Shown here piece by piece: positions 1 through 7,345 of a DNA stretch of 64,000 nucleotides; positions within the stretch are counted from its first letter, which is position 1, and each line of letters begins with the position of its first letter. The stretch spans positions 1-64,000 of the forward strand of contig CM039010.1 in assembly GCA_017499595.2 (NCBI GenBank), in the 5' to 3' direction. The position numbers were made by a program, and so were the translations under genes. The notes below the pieces were generated by a model that ran no database searches, had not been told where the DNA came from, and saw only the letters and a program-made list of their open reading frames with translations. Origin of the DNA: Psilocybe cubensis (lineage: Eukaryota).

Positions 1-190
1 TAAACCCTAAACCCTAAACCCTAAACCCTAAACCCTAAACCCTAAACCCTAAACCCTAAACCCTAAACCCTAAACCCTAAACCCTAAACCCTAAACCCTA
101 AACCCTAAACCCTAAACCCTAAACCCTAAACCCTAAACCCTAAACCCTAAACCTAAACCTAAACCCTAAACCCTAAACCCTAAACCCTAA
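1..190 (+). repeat. Terminal telomere (CCCTAAA)n = (TTTAGGG)n, left chromosome end
   Basis: Perfect CCCTAAA heptamers from base 1 to ~150. They merge into the element's own variant tract (cctaaa cctaaa ccctaaa...) up to ~190. Confidence 0.97.
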
Positions 191-744
191 CCTAACCCCA
201 ACCCTAAGCTAACTAAGTCTAACCTTAGTAGGAAGTAAGGTAGGCGTGTGAACTTCCGAACGGCATGTGATTGTGAAGGGCCGGATCTAATTTAGTACAT
301 GGGAAAAGTTACTTAGTACTTCGGGAAAAGTTCCTTAGTACCGTGGAAACATTTTTGATGGACCGGATCATGAACTGTCCAATTAAGATTCACAACAATC
401 AATCATTCTATTGTTTGATTGTTAGGTAAGGACCCAGGTAAGCTATTTATACTCTAGACATGTGAATATTCCCATGTCGCGGTTACTCGGAGCCACGTAA
501 CCAGAGTAATCTATATCCATGTGATTCACATCACAGTCAATAACCCACGATGTCAAAGAACAAAAGTGTTGGATCCACTTTTGACAGGTTACCATGTGCC
601 ACATCGACCCGTGACACTCTGTTCATCAGAGACCTGTCTAACTTGACAATAAACATTGACAGATTTGTGATAGTCGGTAAGATACATGACAGCTGCGCAG
701 CATCACTTCACGCGCTGTCATCGGATGTCTAGAACATTCCTTCT

Positions 745-1749
745 AAGAATAGCCACTGAAGAGTCTATAAAGACGAAAGGGCTGGTTGTTGGGATCCCCC
801 AACAGCCCTCAAGTACTCGTCCTCTCCCAAACTCCTGCCGCTTGTGCCTTCCCAACTCATCCGGGAGCCCTTTCGTCACTGATCTTGCCCTTGACTCGGG
901 GACGTTTCATCGACATGTTGGCTGCCTCACGGCAAGCGGGGCCCTTTTTCTTTCACTCGCTCACGCCTTCTATGTTGGGTTACGGAGGTCATACAAACTC
1001 GTTTTAGTCTAGCTGCGGGGATATCCAGCTATGATGACTTTGTAATTCGAGGGCGCGCAGTTCTTCAATGGGTATGGACATCAGGTGAGAGTACACTGGG
1101 GGTTGTCAGGACCAGCTCTGCTGGATACGCTCCTGGCAAGTCGGTTGCAGCCGGCGACACTACCGAATTGCTGGGACGTCCTAAAGCTTGTGGGTACCGC
1201 CGACCGCTGGAAACAGCCTAGGCACCGGTGGCGACCGGGTATGGTAACAATCCCCAAGATTCAGCGAAAGCTGGAATGGATAATCAGCAGCGAATCCGTA
1301 ACGGTCACGCCGACGGAAGCGTTCAACGACTAGGTGGTAGTGGGGTCTTCGGATCTTAAGATATAGTCTTGGGAGTGGGGAAACCCACATCTGGTATCTA
1401 AACCGCGCCTCGCTGCTTACGAGGACGGCCCGAAGTCCAGAACCGCTTAAAACGCGGGTGACCCGGCCTCCCCTTAGTAAAGGGAGTTAACACAAGGATG
1501 GACAAATAGTTCGTCGCCGGAAATGAACCTGTGGCTGTAATGGCTGATGTGGCGCCCCTTGGTAAAGGGCTTAAAGGGTATTAGCCTGCCATGTCCAATG
1601 GCATGAGAGTGTCCCTTGGTAAAGGACTTAATAGGCAATAGCCTGCTCTTTTGTCATGAGCGGTATGTAGTGATCGTTTGCCTGTACGGTAGCGCCCATT
1701 GCTTGCACTGGTCCACGCCCGTAAAAAATCACGAGCCGCTGGCCTTCTT
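745..1749 (+). ncRNA. Type I hammerhead ribozyme split by a group I intron (halves 745-809 and 1739-1749)
   Basis: CTGAAGA-GTCT(ATAA)AGAC-GAAA-GGGCTG...CAGCCC-T at 756-809. C17 and the stem I 3' strand (C-TGGCCTTCTT) resume at 1739. Confidence 0.88.
810..1738 (+). ncRNA. Group I self-splicing intron, IC1-like, 929 nt, no homing endonuclease ORF
   Basis: Core motifs: P GAATTGCTGGGA 1165-1176, Q AATCAGCAGC 1282-1291, R GTTCAACGACTA 1321-1332, S AAGATATAGTC 1358-1368. Pairings: P3 CACTACC/GGTAGTG, P7 GACTA/TAGTC, P5abc with GAAA loop and A-rich bulge TATGGTAACAA, P8 UUCG loop, P9 GAAA loop. 5' exon ends in U809, intron ends in G1738, IGS GGGGTTGT 1099-1106. Precisely absent from other copies. 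Confidence 0.92.
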
Positions 1750-1852
1750 TCTATTTCAAACTCACAGTTTAAACTAGTCGCTCGCACCTCGCTTCGCTCG
1801 GTGCTCGCTCCCCCCCTAAACCCAACGACTTTGCTATCACCCATCAGTTACC

Positions 1853-3011
1853 ATGTCATCCCAATACTCTGCTGCATTCTCTCGTGCCATGTCCCCTACC
1901 CTGGACGCACTCACCCAGGCCGTCGTCAACAACACTGTCTTCGGCGTCAACGATGAAGCAGGCCGCCATAACGCTCTTATCGACGAGCTGGCCACTGTGG
2001 TCATCAAAAAAATAGCTGAGTGCCGCTCCGTTGACCAAGTCATAGACTGCGTCTTTTTTGACTATCGTGCTGCCCTCAGGGAGTTTCTCCTCAACCTCGC
2101 ATCGTGGTGCGACAAGAGGGAAACAGTCAAGGCTAGCCTCGAGCGCCTTGAATCTGCCGTTAGCGCAGGCAACACGCCCAATCGCCTTAAGGTGAAGGCA
2201 CCCGAGTTCCAACTTACGAAGGAATTCGCGGATGCCGGGTCAGCGGAGGCTCTTCGAGTCTCCACTACGTTCTCTTCCGCTCGTGATGCCTTCCAAAAGG
2301 CAATTAACGACGGCGCCGTTCAGGCGAAAAAGGACGAGCTGGCTTTTTGGGATGATAAATGCGCGCTCAACTCTTGCTACGAAGCTGCTGCCCTCATCGT
2401 TAAGGCAACTTACGATGATCGCAAATCCAGCTACAAGCTCCCTGTTTTCTCTACAGACAACAAGGGAGTTCGACGTATAGCAGAGTGGGTAGTGTCTCCG
2501 CAAAAGAAAGCCGAATGCAGTGCGCTGCAAACTATACTGCCGGCGATCTTTTCTCATATCAAACAGATTGTCAACATGCGCCACCGCGCCTTGGCAATTA
2601 AGATTGAGAAAAAGCGGACGACTGCGGCAACAGCCGATGTCGAGATGGCCGATGCGACCAAACCAGGTCCATCGATTCAATCCCTTATTGATAAGGGCTT
2701 GAATGCACGTCTCAAAAAGCTCAACCTTGGATCTGTGGGCAAGAAGGCAAGTTTTCGTAACCCTTCACCCATAATTCTGGACACTAATTATTACTCTAAT
2801 TACCCAGACTTTGTCTGGCCAGAATTCGTCCAAGGCTCCTCAACCTCAGGCCAGGAAAGCTGGCCCTTCGAAACCCAAGTCGTCGTCGACGCCTTCGCAG
2901 AGGAAGCCTCAAACCAAGGCTTCCAACAAGGTCGACAACAAGAAGAAAGGGAAGGGGAGAGCTCCCGTCAAGAACAACGATCCAAAGGGAAAGGGAAAGG
3001 CAAGAGCCTAG
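1853..3011 (+). CDS. Predicted spliced ORF1-like isoform, join(1853..2746,2808..3011), 365 aa with Lys-rich tail
   Basis: AAG|GCAAGT donor at 2747, CTAAT branch candidates, CAG acceptor at 2807. Removing 61 nt joins codon 298 to the open frame 2808-3011. Present in all full copies. Confidence 0.7.
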
Positions 3012-5386
3012 ACGCGCGGTCTACTGTAGCATCATTTACGTCGGTGAGACCCGCCTTCCCCAACTCTATTCCTGACGATATACTCACCATGACTAAAACA
3101 GACGCAGTTTCTTTTGTACACCTCAATACCCCGATTTCATTCTTATTGGCTGGCCAGTATAGATCTAGTGTACACTGTAGTCCTGGTGTTTCGGTCCCTG
3201 TTGATGTAGCAAATGATTTATCTCTTGGACTCAATTATATGTTTTTTACACTGCCTTCTAAAAATCTGATCATGCAAGCATGGAATGATTTTCAACGAAG
3301 AATAAGATGGCGTATCTATTTTTTGTTTAAAGAAGGCATGAATAAACCTTTCGATCCAGACTATGGAGTAAGCTCTAAAAAGAAAGAGAAACCTCCAATG
3401 TTACCGCAATTTATGGAACTTGGCCTTTCAATGGGACGTCGGTACGTTATTAAAACGATCGCAAGTATCCCGGAAGAAGCCCTTAAAGAGATGCGAAAGC
3501 ACGCGTTCTCTCCTAAAAGGGACAAGATCCAAAAGTTTCTTTTCGATAACAACTATGTTATTACGATGACAGATAAGAATCTTGGCCTCGCGGTGTCTGA
3601 ACGCGACTGGATATTAAGGAATGAGCTCAATCTTCTTGAAGATGAACGCAACTACGAAGAGTTAGAATTCGAAGTTGCGCAAGAAGTTATGAAGAGCAAA
3701 ATGATTCAGATGCAAACTCTCGCACGTACCGTCGAAGATGAACATCTGTTTCTATTTGAACTTGGGTTGTCTCGATTCTTTCTATCGAATGTACCGGAAG
3801 ACGGATCATCGTTCAAGTATCCTCAATTTCATGGTATACCTAAAATCCACAAGAAACCTACTGGATTTAGGCCCATAATTCCGTGTCACTCTGTAGTATT
3901 TAATCCTGCAGCCAAGTTTGTATCAAAAGAGCTTAAGCCGATTATTAAATCGACTCCTTCAATCATTCACGGAACGAAGGATCTCTTTACGAGATTAAGC
4001 CAATTGCGTATAGACCCCAAACGACAATGGTATTTTGTCACCGGGGATGTAGTTGCTTTCTATCCCAATATTCCGTTGGACTTGTGCATCGAAATCGTTT
4101 GTAATATGTACGAGGAATGGTTACTCAACGCTTCGGAAGAGAACACTGCATTAGCCCATATTAATCCAAATTCGTTAGAGAATAACTTGGTTAAATTGGG
4201 CATCTTTAAACGTGCTATCGAGATTGGCAATACGCAATTGATAACACAACATGGGTCTAGATATTTTAGACAAAAAAATGGCCTCGCAATGGGCGTCGCG
4301 GATTCTCCGGACCTTGCTAACCTCTTTGGAGCCCATTTTGAAATAAAGTCAAAAATCTTAGACCACCCAAACGTGGCCTTCTATGGAAGGTACATCGACG
4401 ATTGTTTCGCAATTGTTTACGCCGAGTCCGAAGCACTTGCACTTAATCTTATTAAAGAAACAATAAAGTTCGATGGTTGTGTTATCGAATGGGCTGTTTC
4501 CTCGTCGGGATGTCAATTTCTCGATGCTTTCATATTCAAGGAGTCTGGAAAACTTCATTGGAAGCCATTTGTCAAGACAGGAAACAACCGAGAACGAGTT
4601 CCATGGGTATCACATCATCCTTTGGACGTCAAACGTGGCGTCTACATTGGAGAGTTATCCAGGTTAGCCGTGCTATGTAGTACCAAGGAAATCTACATCG
4701 GAGCAATTAGAGACCTTAACGCTCTCTATTTGATGCGCGGTTATCCCGAAAACCTAGTCATGTCTTGGTGTAAGAAGAATATACAAGAACGTTGGGAAAA
4801 GCGATTCGCTTTACGAGTCGCAGAGCACGACGAATCCATTCTTGTACTTAAAACCAGATTTGATCAGGTATGGAATTGGTTTTCAGCTGCTGAACTTGGA
4901 AAGACTGTTACCGAGTACTGGTCGGCATGGTATGAACATGCCGAGAAAGGTTTGTATAGTGCAGACTCGTCCAGACCCCTTATCAAACCAGATCCAAATT
5001 ACGTTCACGACCTCGATGATGTTCGCCCGGAGCTGTTCACACAGATCCTCGTGGACGGAGAAACTGAGTTCGTACCGGATTTGAGGAAGATAGGACTACT
5101 CGGAAGTCGTTGGATAGTATCGCGAAAACGCAATACTAATCTTTTCGACCTTGCAAATGTGTGGAAGAAAACAGTCTTTCGTAAACTGGATGAAAACATC
5201 GCTGAAAAAGGTGGTGTTGTTCCCGAAACTCAAAACGTTAATGAAACTTATCATTCTGCTTTAGTTGAAGCTGCTGAACAGATAAGTATCGAAAGTGATA
5301 ACGAGATAATACTTCATAGACGTTCAATCTCACAAGAGAGGGAACATCCAGAATTCGGCAGAATATCCAAATCTTACAACCGATGA
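1853..5386 (+). CDS. Penelope-like reverse transcriptase polyprotein (EN-), subtype A, 1177 aa
   Basis: Motifs TDKNLG, FHGIPKIHK, FRPII, GDVVAFYPNIP, YFRQKNGLAMG, RYIDD (4388-4402), FLD, SHHP. No GIY-YIG motif seen in the C-terminus. Confidence 0.95.
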   Translation: MSSQYSAAFSRAMSPTLDALTQAVVNNTVFGVNDEAGRHNALIDELATVVIKKIAECRSVDQVIDCVFFDYRAALREFLLNLASWCDKRETVKASLERLESAVSAGNTPNRLKVKAPEFQLTKEFADAGSAEALRVSTTFSSARDAFQKAINDGAVQAKKDELAFWDDKCALNSCYEAAALIVKATYDDRKSSYKLPVFSTDNKGVRRIAEWVVSPQKKAECSALQTILPAIFSHIKQIVNMRHRALAIKIEKKRTTAATADVEMADATKPGPSIQSLIDKGLNARLKKLNLGSVGKKASFRNPSPIILDTNYYSNYPDFVWPEFVQGSSTSGQESWPFETQVVVDAFAEEASNQGFQQGRQQEEREGESSRQEQRSKGKGKGKSLDARSTVASFTSVRPAFPNSIPDDILTMTKTDAVSFVHLNTPISFLLAGQYRSSVHCSPGVSVPVDVANDLSLGLNYMFFTLPSKNLIMQAWNDFQRRIRWRIYFLFKEGMNKPFDPDYGVSSKKKEKPPMLPQFMELGLSMGRRYVIKTIASIPEEALKEMRKHAFSPKRDKIQKFLFDNNYVITMTDKNLGLAVSERDWILRNELNLLEDERNYEELEFEVAQEVMKSKMIQMQTLARTVEDEHLFLFELGLSRFFLSNVPEDGSSFKYPQFHGIPKIHKKPTGFRPIIPCHSVVFNPAAKFVSKELKPIIKSTPSIIHGTKDLFTRLSQLRIDPKRQWYFVTGDVVAFYPNIPLDLCIEIVCNMYEEWLLNASEENTALAHINPNSLENNLVKLGIFKRAIEIGNTQLITQHGSRYFRQKNGLAMGVADSPDLANLFGAHFEIKSKILDHPNVAFYGRYIDDCFAIVYAESEALALNLIKETIKFDGCVIEWAVSSSGCQFLDAFIFKESGKLHWKPFVKTGNNRERVPWVSHHPLDVKRGVYIGELSRLAVLCSTKEIYIGAIRDLNALYLMRGYPENLVMSWCKKNIQERWEKRFALRVAEHDESILVLKTRFDQVWNWFSAAELGKTVTEYWSAWYEHAEKGLYSADSSRPLIKPDPNYVHDLDDVRPELFTQILVDGETEFVPDLRKIGLLGSRWIVSRKRNTNLFDLANVWKKTVFRKLDENIAEKGGVVPETQNVNETYHSALVEAAEQISIESDNEIILHRRSISQEREHPEFGRISKSYNR

Positions 5387-5498
5387 AAAGAATACTAGCG
5401 CGTAAGGCGTAAAGCATTAGAAAAAAACCCTAACCGTAAGTATTCCTTGCTACAAAGTAACAAACATCTACTTACAAGCAACACATTGGATTAAATAG

Positions 5499-5576
5499 CT
5501 AAACCTAAACCTAAACCCTAAACCCTAAACCCTAAACCCTAACCTAACCCCAACCCTAAGCTAACTAAGTCTAACC
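5499..5576 (+). repeat. Element-internal telomere-like tract decaying into variant repeats (present in every 3' UTR)
   Basis: ctaaacctaaacctaaaccctaaa...ccctaacctaaccccaaccctaagctaactaagtctaacc, ~110 nt after each stop codon. Confidence 0.9.
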
Positions 5577-6096
5577 TTAGTAGGAAGTAAGGTAGGCGTG
5601 TGAACTTCCGAACGGCATGTGATTGTGAAGGGCCGGATCTAATTTAGTACATGGGAAAAGTTACTTAGTACTTCGGGAAAAGTTCCTTAGTACCGTGGAA
5701 ACATTTTTGATGGACCGGATCATGAACTGTCCAATTAAGATTCACAACAATCAATCATTCTATTGTTTGATTGTTAGGTAAGGACCCAGGTAAGCTATTT
5801 ATACTCTAGACATGTGAATATTCCCATGTCGCGGTTACTCGGAGCCACGTAACCAGAGTAATCTATATCCATGTGATTCACATCACAGTCAATAACCCAC
5901 GATGTCAAAGAACAAAAGTGTTGGATCCACTTTTGACAGGTTACCATGTGCCACATCGACCCGTGACACTCTGTTCATCAGAGACCTGTCTAACTTGACA
6001 ATAAACATTGACAGATTTGTGATAGTCGGTAAGATACATGACAGCTGCGCAGCATCACTTCACGCGCTGTCATCGGATGTCTAGAACATTCCTTCT

Positions 6097-6172
6097 AAGA
6101 ATAGCCACTGAAGAGTCTATAAAGACGAAAGGGCTGGTTGTTGGGATCCCCCAACAGCCCTCTGGCCTTCTT
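6097..6172 (+). ncRNA. Intact type I hammerhead ribozyme (predicted cleavage after C6162)
   Basis: Stem I AAGAA..GCCA/TGGC..TTCTT, CTGAAGA, stem II GTCT/AGAC, GAAA, stem III GGGCTG/CAGCCC, then TC. Confidence 0.9.
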
Positions 6173-6236
6173 TCTATTTCAAACTCACAGTTTAAACTAG
6201 TCGCTCGCACCTCGCTTCGCTCGGTGCTCGCTCCCC

Positions 6237-6323
6237 CCCTAAACCCTAAACCCTAAACCCTAAACCCTAAACCCTAAACCCTAAACCCTAAACCCTAAAC
6301 CCTAAACCCTAAACCCTAAACCC
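6237..6323 (+). repeat. Interstitial telomeric tract (~12 x CCCTAAA) between copies
   Basis: Direct reading. Confidence 0.95.
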
Positions 6324-7233
6324 AAACTCCTGCCGCTTGTGCCTTCCCAACTCATCCGGGAGCCCTTTCGTCACTGATCTTGCCCTTGACTCGGGGACGT
6401 TTCATCGACATGTTGGCTGCCTCACGGCAAGCGGGGCCCTTTTTCTTTCACTCGCTCACGCCTTCTATGTTGGGTTACGGAGGTCATACAAACTCGTTTT
6501 AGTCTAGCTGCGGGGTTATCCAGCTATGATGACTTTGTAATTCGAGGGCGCGCAGTTCTTCAATGGGTATGGACATCAGGTGAGAGTACACTGGGGGTTG
6601 TCAGGACCAGCTCTGCTGGATACGCTCCTGGCAAGTCGGTTGCAGCCGGCGACACTACCGAATTGCTGGGACGTCCTAAAGCTTGTGGGTACCGCCGACC
6701 GCTGGAAACAGCCTAGGCACCGGTGGCGACCGGGTATGGTAACAATCCCCAAGATTCAGCGAAAGCTGGAATGGATAATCAGCAGCGAATCCGTAACGGT
6801 CACGCCGACGGAAGCGTTCAACGACTAGGTGGTAGTGGGGTCTTCGGATCTTAAGATATAGTCTTGGGAGTGGGGAAACCCACATCTGGTATCTAAACCG
6901 CGCCTCGCTGCTTACGAGGACGGCCCGAAGTCCAGAACCGCTTAAAACGCGGGTGACCCGGCCTCCCCTTAGTAAAGGGAGTTAACACAAGGATGGACAA
7001 ATAGTTCGTCGCCGGAAATGAACCTGTGGCTGTAATGGCTGATGTGGCGCCCCTTGGTAAAGGGCTTAAAGGGTATTAGCCTGCCATGTCCAATGGCATG
7101 AGAGTGTCCCTTGGTAAAGGACTTAATAGGCAATAGCCTGCTCTTTTGTCATGAGCGGTATGTAGTGATCGTTTGCCTGTACGGTAGCGCCCATTGCTTG
7201 CACTGGTCCACGCCCGTAAAAAATCACGAGCCG
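6321..7233 (+). ncRNA. Group I intron copy lacking its first ~16 nt and 5' splice site
   Basis: Matches 826-1738, with the same P/Q/R/S core and terminal G7233. Confidence 0.88.
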
Positions 7234-7345
7234 CTGGCCTTCTTTCCATTTAACTCACAGTTTAAACAAGTCGCTCGCACCTCGCTTCGCTCGGTGCTCG
7301 CTCCCCCCCTAAACCCAACGACTTTGCTATTACCCAACAGCTACT

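Larger units (their letters stand above)
148..6239 (+). mobile_element. PLE copy 1 (subtype A): leader with group I intron, full ORF, 3' UTR
   Basis: Leader repeats the 3' UTR (pLTR-like). ORF 1853-5386. Ends at C7-TAAACCC. Confidence 0.9.

Noticed and set aside
550-732. Recurrent 60-65-aa ORF 'MSKNKSVGSTFDRLPC...' in every UTR
   Set aside because: Recurrence simply reflects the repeat. A 1-nt indel changes its end among copies and it has no recognisable motif.
1085-1390. Short ORFs on both strands inside the intron as a possible homing endonuclease
   Set aside because: They overlap the ribozyme core, are under 90 aa and lack His-Cys box, LAGLIDADG or GIY-YIG motifs.
1468-1640. CRISPR-like array or pistol/twister ribozyme in the repeated hairpins
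   Set aside because: Only three imperfect units, no cas genes, and I could not find the required pseudoknot complementarity.
810-1738. rDNA origin or contamination as the reason for a group I intron
   Set aside because: Flanks are PLE hammerhead sequence, not rRNA. The IGS matches these flanks and the same junction occurs in several copies.
1856-2680. Antisense ORFs (118-147 aa) opposite the ORF1 region
   Set aside because: Shadow frames of a GC-rich coding region whose lengths differ between subtypes.
4900-5386. C-terminal GIY-YIG endonuclease
   Set aside because: No GIY/YIG pair with the downstream Arg, Glu and Asn pattern. The 'VYIGE' upstream lies in the RT thumb region.
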